Below the pieces are notes generated by a model, which was not told the DNA's origin, ran no database searches, and saw only the letters and a list, made by a program, of their open reading frames with translations. 64,000 nucleotides of DNA, taken from the NCBI GenBank assembly GCA_027319565.1, contig DAHVNA010000002.1:1-64000 (forward strand). Direction: 5' to 3'. The translations under genes were made by a program, and so were the position numbers. Shown here one piece after another: positions 42,147 to 52,294 of the stretch. Position 1 is the stretch's first letter. The number at the start of each line of letters is the position of its first letter. This DNA is from Elusimicrobiota bacterium. Lineage in GTDB: Bacteria; Elusimicrobiota; Elusimicrobia; UBA1565; UBA9628.

Positions 42147-43031
42147 ATGAATCGCTTGAGCGGACTTTTAACGACCTTATTTCTATCCTCGGCCCTGGCC
42201 TTCTCTTTTTCTGGCTGCGGAACCTTGATTGACCCAGGACACGAGGGACTTCGCCAATTGGTTTTTCGCGAGCACTCGCTTCAAAAAGAGCCCTTAACCG
42301 ACGGTTTTTATTGGCATTTCCCCTGGAACAATATCTTTGTCTATAAAACGACCTGGCAAAGCCGCACCGAAGAAGTGCATGTTTTAACCGAGGAAGCCCT
42401 TCATATTCTCGTTCGCGTCACGGTCACCTATCGCCCAAAAACGGCAGATCTCTACCAATTAGCTCAAACCATCGGCCCTCATTATTACAGCCAGGTCATC
42501 CGCCCGCCGTTTGTGACCATTACGCGAACGGAATTTGCCTGGCACAAGCACAACCGTTTAGGGCAAGATTCTCCAATTATAGAATCTGACATTCTAAAAA
42601 AACTGGAAGCGGCCTTGTCCGATATGCCCATCGTGATCTCCCGCGTCTCAATTGACCATATCGAATACGACCGACAGGTCACCGACGCGATATCGGATAA
42701 AATTGCAACCCATCAGAAAGCGGAGCAAAAAGTTTACGACGAAGATATCGCCAAGGAAAATGCGGATATCGCCCGCACCAACGCCGAAGGCCAGGCCGAT
42801 GCCGAAGATATTCAAGCGAGCGGAGACGCCAAGGCGATTCTAGTCAAGGCCAAGGCCAAGGCTCAAGCCCAAATGGAAATTTCAAAAACCTTGACCAAGC
42901 AATATATCGAGCTTAAAGCCTTCGATAACCCCGCGACCCGCTACTATTTCGTCCCCCTTGGCAAAGACGGCCTGCCGCTGATTATCAACACCGGCTCTTC
43001 CAACACCAACTTCAATTCCGGAACCAAATAG
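42147..43031 (+). CDS. SPFH/prohibitin-family lipoprotein
   Basis: ATG 42147 after AAGGAG; FSGC lipobox; IDPGHEG, FPWNNI, Ala/Glu-rich coiled coil (AEGQADA). Confidence 0.85.
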   Translation: MNRLSGLLTTLFLSSALAFSFSGCGTLIDPGHEGLRQLVFREHSLQKEPLTDGFYWHFPWNNIFVYKTTWQSRTEEVHVLTEEALHILVRVTVTYRPKTADLYQLAQTIGPHYYSQVIRPPFVTITRTEFAWHKHNRLGQDSPIIESDILKKLEAALSDMPIVISRVSIDHIEYDRQVTDAISDKIATHQKAEQKVYDEDIAKENADIARTNAEGQADAEDIQASGDAKAILVKAKAKAQAQMEISKTLTKQYIELKAFDNPATRYYFVPLGKDGLPLIINTGSSNTNFNSGTK

Positions 43032-43040
43032 CAAGACTCA

Positions 43041-43370
43041 ATGAAAACAATCCTTCTTTTAGTCGCTTCCAATGTTTTCATGACTTTCGCTTGGTATGGG
43101 CATCTGCGCTACCGCCAAGTTCCCCTTTGGGAAGTCATCTTGATCAGTTGGGGCATCGCTTTTTTCGAATATTGCTTTCAAGTGCCGGCCAATCGCATCG
43201 GCTACGGCGAATTTTCGGTCGTTCAATTAAAAACCATCCAAGAAGTCATCACCTTGACCGTGTTTTCGGTCTTCGCCACGCTTTACCTAGGAGAAAGACT
43301 GCGATGGAACCATTTTGTCGGGTTCTCCTTTTTAATTTTAGCCGCATTTTTCATTTTCCAGCATAAATAA
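43041..43370 (+). CDS. DMT-superfamily small membrane protein (DUF486-like)
   Basis: SNVFMTFAWYGHL, SWGIAFFEYCFQVPANRIG, QLKTIQEVITL. Confidence 0.9.
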   Translation: MKTILLLVASNVFMTFAWYGHLRYRQVPLWEVILISWGIAFFEYCFQVPANRIGYGEFSVVQLKTIQEVITLTVFSVFATLYLGERLRWNHFVGFSFLILAAFFIFQHK

Positions 43371-43386
43371 ACCCTGGAAAAATCCA

Positions 43387-46300
43387 ATGAACGATTCCGA
43401 AAGCCGCCTAGCGGCTCAATTTGATTTAGGCTCGAACATGGTCGTCGAAGCGGCGGCCGGAACCGGGAAGACATCTCTTCTCATTGCGCGGATTCTGTCT
43501 TTGACTCTGGCCGGCAATAGCGGAAAAGGATATCCCCTTGAAAACATCGCGGCCTTAACCTTTACCAACAAAGCCGCCGCGGAAATGAAAATACGCCTGG
43601 CGCAGCAACTTCATCAAATCGCGACCTCAATTCATCGCCCTGAAGAGGCCCAGCCCACGGCCAAAAAACTCGTTGACTCTTTAAAGGAGCGCTTTTCTCT
43701 CTCTGAACAAGCCATTGAAGAAAGAGTTAGTCTGGCTTTAAATCAACTTGAACGAGCCCCCATAGAAACTTTTCACTCCTTTGTCGCGCGGATTCTAAGG
43801 CTCTATCCCCTAGATGCCGGGCTTTCCCCGAGTTTTGAGATCGATGAGGGACGAAATTTTAACCGAATTTTTGAATCGGAATGGGAAGAATGGCTGGACA
43901 GTGAACTGGGATCTTCTATGCCGCGAAAAGAAGATTGGCTTCAGATTCTTAAATTCGTCACGATTAAAGATTTAAGAGAATTAGCCAAACAATTGGCTCA
44001 AAAAGAAATTCCTCTTGATTTAATTCATCGAACATCCCGGGAAACCGTGGAGAGTTTAAAGTGCCTCTTGGAAAAATTAGAAGAAATCCCTCAGGGAAAG
44101 CCTCCCCCTAAAAGCAAGACATTTCTGGATAAATTTTCTGATTTAAAAAACCAAATTCGGGCACTCACTCAAATTCCGGAGACGAAAAAATCAGATACGG
44201 ATCTATTGAAAAACTGGACTCCCCCTGAAACAGGAACTTTTTGGCCTCAATGGCCCAAAGCGTGGGGAGAGGACGAGGAGGAAAAAGCGATTTATAAACG
44301 CGCCCAAAAAATAGCGGAATACTCCTCTCCCGAAAAACACGCCTTGGTGGAAAAAGCGACCAGCCTTTTGGCGCCTTTTTGCGATAAAGTTCTTAACTCG
44401 TTTAGAAAAGCCGGTTTTATCTCTTTTGATGGACTCTTAATTGAGGCCCGCAATCTCCTCAAGGACAATCTGAAAATTCGCAACGAAATCAAGCGCCGCT
44501 ATCATTCGTTGTTGGTGGATGAATTTCAAGACACCGACCCCCTGCAGGGAGAAATTCTATTTTTCCTGGCGGAAGACCTCCATTCAACGGCGCTCGATTG
44601 GCAAAAGGTGACCCTGGGCCCGGGCCGAATCTTCGTCGTTGGAGACCCCAAACAGTCGATCTACCGCTTTCGCGGAGCCGACATCGCCGCCTATCAAGAT
44701 TTTACGCAGAAAATTTTATCCCAGCCGAAATCCAAAGCCTTGTCTCTCAATCTCAATTTTAGAAGCAAGGCCGAAGTTTTACTTCCCATCAATTCTCTAT
44801 TTTCCAAGACGATGAAAGAAATCAAGGGTCTTCAGGCCGCCCATCAAAATCTTGAAACGACCCAAAGTTTAAGCTCTGATTCCGCCCTTCAAATTATCAA
44901 GCTCGGTTTTTCCGGAGATTCGGCTAAATCCCATGATTTTCAAAAAGCCGAGGCGCAATGGATTTGTCAGTGGATTGACGAAAATTGCGGGCCTCAAAAA
45001 AAGTTCCGCTATAAAGACGTCGCCGTTCTCTGGCGCACCCAATTGGGAAGCTCTTATTTAATCGAAGCCCTTAAGAGCGCTCAAATCCCTTATGCCGCCC
45101 AGCTCAAAAACTCTCTTTATTCTTCCCAAGAGTTTATCGATTTCATGAATCTCATCCGCGTTTTAGACGACCCTGAAGATCAAGTCTCTCTCAATGGAGT
45201 TTTAAGATCTCCCCTGACCGACACCAAAGACTCCAATCTTACGGACGGGAAAACCAAGGGAAAAAGCGCAGAGGCCTTGGAAAAAATCCTCAACAATCTT
45301 CGCTCTCAATTGGGGCGAATACCTCTGCCCATTTTTTTAGACCGCGTAATTAAAGAAACCGCTCTTCTGCCCATCGCGGCCAAAGCTTACCATGGGGCTC
45401 AAGCGGTGTCTAATATTCTCAAAGCCTCCCGTTTAGCCGAGGAAATCGCCAACAAAGAGGGCTTGACCGCTCGGGAAATGATCGAGCGGATCTTGCGGGA
45501 AGTTCAATCGGGAGAAGAAGAAGGCGAAAGCCCGCTGGCCGACGATTCTCTTGACTGCGTTCGGTTGTTGACCATCCACAAAGCCAAAGGCCTTGAATTT
45601 CCCATCGTCTTTATCCCGCGGATATCCTCGGCGGGGCAATCCAACGAAATTCCCTTTTCTTTGGCGGATTGGAAAACTCAAACGATCGGGTTCTATCTTT
45701 CCAAGGCCAAAGCCGCGTCTTTAAACATGGCCTTCCTGAGAATCAACGAAAAAGAACGGCTCAACCATGAGGCCCTCCGTCTTCTTTATGTGGGCCTGAC
45801 CCGCGCCAAGGAAAAAATATTTCTCATCGGAGACAAGGACTTTTCCCCGGGAGATTATTGCTTCTCCCGATTTTTGTCGGCCGATTTAACGCTCCCCTCC
45901 AAAAACATCAATGTCGATGCCTCGTTTTCAAATTCAAATCAAAATCGCCAAAAGCCCACGAGCAAAATTCCAATTGAGCCCGAAAAATGGGCTTTAAAAT
46001 GGAAAGAGGAGCTTAAACCAAAAAGCCTTGGGCCCCGCCCCTGGTCTTTAACCCCCACTCAAGAGGCAACCCGCCTTTTTGAAGAGGATGATGCGCGTCC
46101 CCGGCCAAATCAAGCCGTAGTTTTAGGACAACTTTGCCACGAGGCCTTAAAAATCCTCGATTTCAAAAATCCCGGCGAGATTCGGCCTCTCATCCAGCGC
46201 GCCGCGGCTTTCTTATCGCAACTGGCTTTAACCCCGCCGGAACCCAAACTCCTTGAAGAAGCTGAAAGACTCATTCATGACTTTTTAGGTTCATCTTCGG

Positions 46301-46620
46301 CAAAAGCAATCATCCAATCCGAGATTTTAGGAAGAGAAATTCCGTTTGCCTACCAGGAAAATAATTCCATCATTCGAGGGGCCATCGATCTGGTCTATCA
46401 AAATAGGGATCAAACGGTCGTCCTCGATTATAAAACCGGCCCGGCGCCGAAATCTCAAGAGGAAGAAAAAATCGCCTTGAAACGCTACCACCCCCAAGCC
46501 CGGGCTTATCTTCAAGCCGTAGAAAAAACCTTGGGAAAAAAAGCGCGCTTTCAGCTTCTTTTCCTGCGCCGACCCGAAAGCCCTATATGGTATAATGAGA
46601 AAGACGTTTTTCAGGATTAA
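43387..46620 (+). CDS. AddA/RecB-like UvrD helicase-nuclease
   Basis: AAAGTGKT, TFTNKAA, VDEFQDT, VGDPKQSIYRFRGAD, TIHKAKGLEF, YVGLTRA; C-terminal GAIDLV...DYKT nuclease. Confidence 0.9.
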   Translation: MNDSESRLAAQFDLGSNMVVEAAAGTGKTSLLIARILSLTLAGNSGKGYPLENIAALTFTNKAAAEMKIRLAQQLHQIATSIHRPEEAQPTAKKLVDSLKERFSLSEQAIEERVSLALNQLERAPIETFHSFVARILRLYPLDAGLSPSFEIDEGRNFNRIFESEWEEWLDSELGSSMPRKEDWLQILKFVTIKDLRELAKQLAQKEIPLDLIHRTSRETVESLKCLLEKLEEIPQGKPPPKSKTFLDKFSDLKNQIRALTQIPETKKSDTDLLKNWTPPETGTFWPQWPKAWGEDEEEKAIYKRAQKIAEYSSPEKHALVEKATSLLAPFCDKVLNSFRKAGFISFDGLLIEARNLLKDNLKIRNEIKRRYHSLLVDEFQDTDPLQGEILFFLAEDLHSTALDWQKVTLGPGRIFVVGDPKQSIYRFRGADIAAYQDFTQKILSQPKSKALSLNLNFRSKAEVLLPINSLFSKTMKEIKGLQAAHQNLETTQSLSSDSALQIIKLGFSGDSAKSHDFQKAEAQWICQWIDENCGPQKKFRYKDVAVLWRTQLGSSYLIEALKSAQIPYAAQLKNSLYSSQEFIDFMNLIRVLDDPEDQVSLNGVLRSPLTDTKDSNLTDGKTKGKSAEALEKILNNLRSQLGRIPLPIFLDRVIKETALLPIAAKAYHGAQAVSNILKASRLAEEIANKEGLTAREMIERILREVQSGEEEGESPLADDSLDCVRLLTIHKAKGLEFPIVFIPRISSAGQSNEIPFSLADWKTQTIGFYLSKAKAASLNMAFLRINEKERLNHEALRLLYVGLTRAKEKIFLIGDKDFSPGDYCFSRFLSADLTLPSKNINVDASFSNSNQNRQKPTSKIPIEPEKWALKWKEELKPKSLGPRPWSLTPTQEATRLFEEDDARPRPNQAVVLGQLCHEALKILDFKNPGEIRPLIQRAAAFLSQLALTPPEPKLLEEAERLIHDFLGSSSAKAIIQSEILGREIPFAYQENNSIIRGAIDLVYQNRDQTVVLDYKTGPAPKSQEEEKIALKRYHPQARAYLQAVEKTLGKKARFQLLFLRRPESPIWYNEKDVFQD

Positions 46621-46624
46621 CTCT

Positions 46625-46948
46625 ATGTTCTATCATCTTATTTTAGCGATTCACGTCTTTGTCTGCGTGCTGATGATTTTGGTGGTGCTCCTCCAGACCG
46701 GCCGCGGAGCGGGGCTCGCTCTTTTTGGAAGCTCGGGAGATTCCCTCATTACCACCCCGACCGGATCAAGTTTCATGCGCAATTTAACCGGGGCGCTTGC
46801 CGGAGCCTTCGCTTTTACATCCCTTTTTCTCTCTTTGTTGTCGGCCAAAAGCGGAATGTCGAGCGTCACGTCTCGTTTTTCGCTTCCGAGCGCGCCGGCA
46901 GCTCAACAGGCCCCCGCTACTCCGCCTGCTTCCACCAAGAAAAAATAA
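46625..46948 (+). CDS. secG: Preprotein translocase subunit SecG
   Basis: HVFVCVLMILVVLLQTGRGAGL.FG; followed by tRNA-Leu(GAG) as in secG-leuU. Confidence 0.92.
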   Translation: MFYHLILAIHVFVCVLMILVVLLQTGRGAGLALFGSSGDSLITTPTGSSFMRNLTGALAGAFAFTSLFLSLLSAKSGMSSVTSRFSLPSAPAAQQAPATPPASTKKK

Positions 46949-46959
46949 TTTCATTTAAC

Positions 46960-47041
46960 GCGCGGGTGGCGGAACTGGCAGACGCGTACGTTTGAGGGGC
47001 GTATGCCGCAAGGCGTGAGGGTTCGAGTCCCTCCCCGCGCA
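46960..47041 (+). tRNA. tRNA-Leu(GAG), CCA not encoded
   Basis: Acceptor GCGCGGG/CCCGCGC, anticodon loop TTGAGGG, long variable arm GCC-GCAA-GGC, T arm GAGGG-TTCGAGT-CCCTC. Confidence 0.96.
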
Positions 47042-47048
47042 AATTTTA

Positions 47049-47480
47049 ATGAGTTTAAAACCCATCTCATTTAGTTGCCGCATCTACGGAATCCTCATCG
47101 AAAATAAGAAAGTTTTAATGACGCGAAGCCGTTTTATCGATCGCGAATTCGTCAATTTCCCGGGCGGTGGAGTCGAAATAGGAGAGTCCCCGGAAGACGC
47201 CTTAATCAGGGAATATCAGGAAGAAACCGGACTCTCAATTAAGATTGGAAAAATTCTTTTTTCCAGCCAAAAACTCCATTTATCCACTCAAAGGCCGATT
47301 CAAATCGTCAGCTCTTTTTGGAGAGTGGAAAAAACGTCGGGAAAGCTCAAGGAAAACGGGAATAACGACGACGTGCTTAAGCTTTTTTGGGCCGAGATTT
47401 CTTCAATCCCAAAAGGCGAGATGTTTTCCTCCGATCGGGAGTTTGCCGATCTCTTGCCCGATCTTCTTTCTTCAAGCTGA
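47049..47480 (+). CDS. NUDIX hydrolase
   Basis: Nudix box GGGVEIGESPEDALIREYQEETGL. Confidence 0.9.
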   Translation: MSLKPISFSCRIYGILIENKKVLMTRSRFIDREFVNFPGGGVEIGESPEDALIREYQEETGLSIKIGKILFSSQKLHLSTQRPIQIVSSFWRVEKTSGKLKENGNNDDVLKLFWAEISSIPKGEMFSSDREFADLLPDLLSSS

Positions 47481-47829
47481 GAATTTTCCGAACATCCTCG
47501 GCAATTTGGCGTTTCAACTCTTCTATCGAGGCAAACTTCTTTTGACCTCGGATTTTTTTAATGAGGGACACCTGAAGCTCGGACCCGTAGAGATTTCCTT
47601 TAAAACCCGGGATATAGACTTCAAAAACCCTTTTTTCGCCAGCCACGGTGGGCTTATTGCCCACGCTGACCGCTCCTATATAAACGCGGGAAAGCTTCTC
47701 TCCGCGAACCTCGCCCGCATAAACCCCGTCTTTAGGCAAAACGTCCGGGCTGATTTTTAAATTAGCGGTGGGGTATCCCAGTTTGCGCCCGAGTCGATCC
47801 CCGGGCACGACGACCCCGCGATAGAGCAT
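47377..47829 (-). CDS. Stand-alone riboflavin kinase (RibF C-terminal domain only)
   Basis: GDRLGRKLGYPTAN, GVYAG, GNKPT, LYG, IRGQKKF; no FMN adenylyltransferase domain. Confidence 0.88.
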   Translation of the reverse strand: MLYRGVVVPGDRLGRKLGYPTANLKISPDVLPKDGVYAGEVRGEKLSRVYIGAVSVGNKPTVAGEKRVFEVYIPGFKGNLYGSELQVSLIKKIRGQKKFASIEELKRQIAEDVRKILSLKKEDRARDRQTPDRRKTSRLLGLKKSRPKKA

Positions 47830-48572
47830 CAGAACTTAGTTTTTATTTCCGAAGCGACTTGAAATAGTTTCATCGTTCCGGATTCCAGCAGATTTTTAAT
47901 GTCTTCAGTCTTTAAGCGTTTTAACGCTTCAAAGTCAATGGCTTCATCCACGGTAAAAGGGCCGATTTTTTCCCGTCTCAAGGTTTGAACAATAGCCCCG
48001 CACCCGATCTTAGAGCCTATCGCTTCGGCCAGGGCGCGGACATAGGTGCCACTGGAACAAAACAAACGGTTTTCAATCTCTCCGGTATGGGGATCGTACT
48101 TTAAGGCTTCCCAGCGATAAACGGTTGATTTCCTCGGTTTTTCGGGAACAGCGATTCCCTTGCGGGCATAATGGTAAAGCGGTTTTCCCTTGTGCTTGAC
48201 GGCGGAATAAATCGGGGCGGGCAGGGAAATCTCTCCCAAATATTGGTCAAGAACTCGCTGAATCTCGGGTAATGTCAAGGCGGGGACAGGCCTTTTTTCA
48301 AGAACGTGCCCGGTAATATCTCCTGAATCGGTGATCACCCCAAGCTTGATTGTCCCGTAATAAATCTTGTCCAAACCTTGCATATGCGCCTGGAGCTTGC
48401 GAGTTCTTCCCGCCAAAATAATCAAAAGTCCGGTCGCGAGAGGATCGAGAGTCCCGCAATGCCCCGCCTTTTCATTTTTTGGAAAAAACCGCCTGAATGC
48501 GCTTACCGCATCGTGAGAAGTCCATCCCGCCGGTTTGTCAAATAAAATCATTCCCGCAAGCTCGGGCTTCAC
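47829..48572 (-). CDS. truB: tRNA pseudouridine(55) synthase
   Basis: DKPAGWTSHD, GHCGTLDPLATG, YSAVK, CSSGTYVR. Confidence 0.95.
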   Translation of the reverse strand: MKPELAGMILFDKPAGWTSHDAVSAFRRFFPKNEKAGHCGTLDPLATGLLIILAGRTRKLQAHMQGLDKIYYGTIKLGVITDSGDITGHVLEKRPVPALTLPEIQRVLDQYLGEISLPAPIYSAVKHKGKPLYHYARKGIAVPEKPRKSTVYRWEALKYDPHTGEIENRLFCSSGTYVRALAEAIGSKIGCGAIVQTLRREKIGPFTVDEAIDFEALKRLKTEDIKNLLESGTMKLFQVASEIKTKF

Positions 48573-48913
48573 TCTTGATTCCTCAAATCATCCAATATTT
48601 TATCGATCCGAGAAGCCGTCGCGGGCGTCGCGTCATACTCAAAGATAAGCTCGGGCAAAATGCGAACGCTCCACTTTTGGCTCAGCTTTTGGCGGACATA
48701 GGGAGTCGCTCGGACAAGAGCTTTTTGGCAATTTAAGCGCTGGCGCGGGTTTCCCATCACCGAGTAAAAAATTCGCGCGGTCTTAAGATCCCGGGATAAA
48801 ACAATATCGGTGACGGTGATTAAGCCTGAAAACCCCGGATCCCGAATGGTAGGCAATATGGCGACAATTTCTTTGCGGAGAAGTTCTTGAAGCCGATCGA
48901 TCCGGGAAAACAA
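48569..48913 (-). CDS. rbfA: Ribosome-binding factor A
   Basis: ITVTDIVLSRDLKTARIF, LPELIFEYD; between infB and truB. Confidence 0.92.
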   Translation of the reverse strand: MFSRIDRLQELLRKEIVAILPTIRDPGFSGLITVTDIVLSRDLKTARIFYSVMGNPRQRLNCQKALVRATPYVRQKLSQKWSVRILPELIFEYDATPATASRIDKILDDLRNQE

Positions 48914-48919
48914 GGCAGG

Positions 48920-51391
48920 TCAGGCGCTCTCAAGCCGCCGCGTTCGAGATTCTTTCACGAAAATTTCGAGAGTATCGCCTTGTTGATAAGAAACGTTCCC
49001 ATCAATTTGAATCCCGCATTCGAGATTTTTTTCCACTTCCTTGACGTCATCTTTAAAGCGCTTGAGATTAACGACTTTTCCCTCAAAAACTTTCGCTCCG
49101 TTGCGAATAACCCGGGCAAACGCCCCGCGGGAAACCTTTCCTTCCCGAACAAAAGAGCCCGCGACAAAAGCCTTGCCCTTGAGCGGGAAAATTTCCCTGA
49201 CTTCCGCTTTCCCGACGACTACCTCTACAATTTCGGGAGCCAAAAGCCCTTCCAGCGCCGCTTTGACATCGGCAATCAGATCGTAAATAATTTTATACGA
49301 ACGGATTTCCACTTCTTCCCGCGCCGCCAGTTCTCGGGCCCGCGCTTCGGAAGAGCTGTTAAATAAGAAGATAATCGCGTTTGAAGCCGAGGCTAAAAGA
49401 ACATCCGACTCATTAGCGCTCCCCAATCCGGCATGAACGATGCGCACCTGGCATTCCTTGGTCGATAAGCTCTCCAGGGAATCGCGCAGGGCTTGAAGCG
49501 AACCCTGAACATCGGCTTTGAGGATAATATTTAAATCCTTGGTCGTCGATCCCAGCTGAGATTTAAGGCTGACCAAGCTGACATGGCGCTGGTGGGCCAA
49601 GACCTGCTCGCGGTTGAGCTTTTGTCGCTGTTCCGCGATTTCACGGGCTTCTTTTTCGCTTTTAACGACGCTAAAAATATCCCCGGCCTGAGGCGTTTTC
49701 GATAAACCGAGAACCTCCACCGGCGTCGCGGGCTCGGCTTTTTCAAGCCTTTGCCCGTGCTCATCCACAAGGGCTTTAACTTTTCCATGACACAAACCCA
49801 CTACCAAGGGATCTCCGATATTGAGCACCCCGGACTGAACGAGCAAGGTCGCCACGCTTCCTCTTTGAGGATCCATCTTCGCTTCCAAAACAATGCCGGA
49901 AGCCGCGCGATCGTAATTGGCTTTCAAATCCAGAAGCTCGGCTTGCAAGGAAAGCATTTCCAGAAGATGATCGATATTGGTTTTTTTCTTAGCCGAAACG
50001 TCGACAAAAATCGTTTTTCCGCCCCATTCCTCCGGATTAAGGCCGTGAAGAGCGAGATCTTGGCGAATCTTTTGCGGGTTCGCCCCGGGAAGATCAATCT
50101 TATTGACCGCGACTACGATTGGAACTCCGGCGGCTTTGGCGTGATCGATGGCTTCAATAGTCTGCGGCATAATTCCATCAACCGCGCTGACAACCAAAAC
50201 GACGATATCGGTGACCTTGGCTCCGCGGGACCGCATCGCGGTAAACGCTTCATGACCCGGAGTATCCAAGAAGACTAAAACGCCCTTAGAGGTCGTGACC
50301 TTATACGCTCCGATATGCTGGGTAATCCCTCCCGCTTCTCCGGTCGCGACATTGCTCGATCGAATCGCGTCTAAAAGGGAAGTTTTCCCGTGATCGACAT
50401 GCCCCATGACCGTAATAATGGGAGGCCGCGATTTTAAATTTTCGGAAGAATCTTTCTGCCCGCGAGCGGTCTCGATTTCTTCTTCTTTATACATCGCCGT
50501 CACTTTCAATTCGTAGTTAAATTCCTGGGCGATAATCATCGCGGCGTCAATTTCAAGGCGCTGATTGATGGTGGCAAAAATTCCAAGACTCATCAATTTT
50601 TTGATCAACTCGTTGGGAGTGGCTTCCATTTTCTCGGCCAACTCTCGAACCGTGATAATGCTGGGAACTTCCAAAACCTTCAAAGCGGGTTTGGCCTGAA
50701 CCGCGGGAGAAGCGGCGGGAGCGGAAAGATTGATAGCGGGTTTGGCCGCGGGCTGCGGTTTATGCTGAGGCTTCTGGGAAAAAGGCGGAGCCTTAATGAC
50801 CGGCCTTGGCTGCACCGGAGGAACCGCCTTTGGGGGAGTCGCCTGAACAGGCGCGATTTTAGGCGGAGCTGAAGCCGGATTTGGTTTGGGAGCCGGCGCA
50901 GTCGGGACTGCCGCAGCCGAAGCCTGCGGCGCGCTTTTCTTGGAATCTTCCGCAACAGGCTTAGCCGCCGCGGAAGGGGAATGAACCTGGGATGCCGGAG
51001 ACGGCGCTGAAGATTGAACAGGTGAAACCGCGGGTTTTTCCTTGGCTACCGGATTGGGAGTTCCCTTAAATCCCGTCGCCGGAGCCAAGCGCGCGACCGA
51101 AGGAACCTGCCTGGCGGGCCCGGATTTCCGTTTAAACAAATCAAAAGCTGAGACTAAATGAGACGTCGGTGGAGCAATAGAACCTTCCTCGCTTGAAGCC
51201 CTTTCTTCCGCGCGGGCCTTGACGATGGAGGGCTTGGCGGATGTTTTTTTCTTGGCAGAATCCGACTTGGATTTCTTGGCTGATTCTCCCTTCTCCGGAG
51301 CGGTTTTTTTGGCGCGGGGAGTTTTAGCGGATTTTTTCTCTTTTTCCGCTTTTTCTTTAGGTTCAGAACTTTTCTTGGCTTTGGAAGGCAT
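48920..51391 (-). CDS. infB: Translation initiation factor IF-2
   Basis: [39 protein letters not shown]; long Lys/Ala/Pro-rich N terminus. Confidence 0.98.
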   Translation of the reverse strand: MPSKAKKSSEPKEKAEKEKKSAKTPRAKKTAPEKGESAKKSKSDSAKKKTSAKPSIVKARAEERASSEEGSIAPPTSHLVSAFDLFKRKSGPARQVPSVARLAPATGFKGTPNPVAKEKPAVSPVQSSAPSPASQVHSPSAAAKPVAEDSKKSAPQASAAAVPTAPAPKPNPASAPPKIAPVQATPPKAVPPVQPRPVIKAPPFSQKPQHKPQPAAKPAINLSAPAASPAVQAKPALKVLEVPSIITVRELAEKMEATPNELIKKLMSLGIFATINQRLEIDAAMIIAQEFNYELKVTAMYKEEEIETARGQKDSSENLKSRPPIITVMGHVDHGKTSLLDAIRSSNVATGEAGGITQHIGAYKVTTSKGVLVFLDTPGHEAFTAMRSRGAKVTDIVVLVVSAVDGIMPQTIEAIDHAKAAGVPIVVAVNKIDLPGANPQKIRQDLALHGLNPEEWGGKTIFVDVSAKKKTNIDHLLEMLSLQAELLDLKANYDRAASGIVLEAKMDPQRGSVATLLVQSGVLNIGDPLVVGLCHGKVKALVDEHGQRLEKAEPATPVEVLGLSKTPQAGDIFSVVKSEKEAREIAEQRQKLNREQVLAHQRHVSLVSLKSQLGSTTKDLNIILKADVQGSLQALRDSLESLSTKECQVRIVHAGLGSANESDVLLASASNAIIFLFNSSSEARARELAAREEVEIRSYKIIYDLIADVKAALEGLLAPEIVEVVVGKAEVREIFPLKGKAFVAGSFVREGKVSRGAFARVIRNGAKVFEGKVVNLKRFKDDVKEVEKNLECGIQIDGNVSYQQGDTLEIFVKESRTRRLESA

Positions 51392-51576
51392 GTAATTATA
51401 ATATCATTTTAGAAAAAAAGAGTGAAAATTTTACCGTCATATGCGATGATCGCAATGGCCCTCATCGATATGTATCGGCGCGCCGCTCCGATCAAATCAA
51501 GAGCATTCCGGCCGATCCTCGCGGAGGTCGCAGGAGTTTAATGAAAAGTTCTTCTTCGCCGAAAATTATGCCGATA

Positions 51577-52131
51577 TCAATCATCCATGATGCCAAACAT
51601 TCCGAGTTTTGAAGCTTCCTCAAACGAGAATGGAAGCAGGGTATGCTCGGTATAGAAAGCGTTTTTAAATCGCGAATGAGCGTCGATTTCGGCTCGGCTC
51701 AGATCGGCAACCCTGAGGTTGGCTCGGCTAAGGTCGGCTCCCATAAGCGCCGCTCCGCTCAAATCGGCATACTCAAGGTCGGCGCCCTTCAGGTTCGCGC
51801 CGCGTAGATCGGCCTCCAATAAATCGGCGCTATGGAGATCGAGCCCGTGGAAATCCCCGCATTCGCCGTCCATGAGATCATCGGTTTTGTTATAGCCTTG
51901 GACGCCCTCTTTGTTCACGCATGTCCCGGTTTTTGGGTCGTAATGAAAGCGATCCATCTCTTTTTGAATTTTCTTGACGAGAGTCTGGGCGTGGGCCGCC
52001 TTAAGACAGAATTCCTCGCTGATCTTACACCATTCCGGCCCGACGACTTGCGCCCGTGACGAATGGGCTCCCGCCAGCGAAATAAAGAACATTGAGACAA
52101 ACCCCAGGACGGCTTTTTTATCGTTTATCAT
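51577..52131 (-). CDS. Secreted pentapeptide-repeat protein
   Basis: ATG 52131 after GGAGG; signal peptide; ADLLE-ADLRG-ANLKG-ADLEY-ADLSG-AALMG-ADLSR-ANLRV-ADLSR. Confidence 0.88.
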   Translation of the reverse strand: MINDKKAVLGFVSMFFISLAGAHSSRAQVVGPEWCKISEEFCLKAAHAQTLVKKIQKEMDRFHYDPKTGTCVNKEGVQGYNKTDDLMDGECGDFHGLDLHSADLLEADLRGANLKGADLEYADLSGAALMGADLSRANLRVADLSRAEIDAHSRFKNAFYTEHTLLPFSFEEASKLGMFGIMDD

Positions 52132-52294
52132 TTGATCCTCCGAAGCGTCTTTACCCTGCAGAGTCATCCTACAAACGATTCATGGGATCGGGCCATAGCA
52201 GACGCGTAAAATCGGCATGACGCTAGTATGACGGCAGGAACGTCTCTAGAACCTCGTCAATGATCCGGATTGCCCAATTCGGGAATGATGGGGA

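Noticed and set aside
50690..51391. Low-complexity Pro/Ala/Lys region of infB as a repeat element
   Set aside because: A variable disordered IF2 N terminus is normal; no exact nucleotide tandem repeats seen.
51420..51576. Short palindrome TGCGAT-G-ATCGCA and a 31-codon plus-strand ORF between infB and the pentapeptide gene
   Set aside because: No RBS, motif or second copy to support function.
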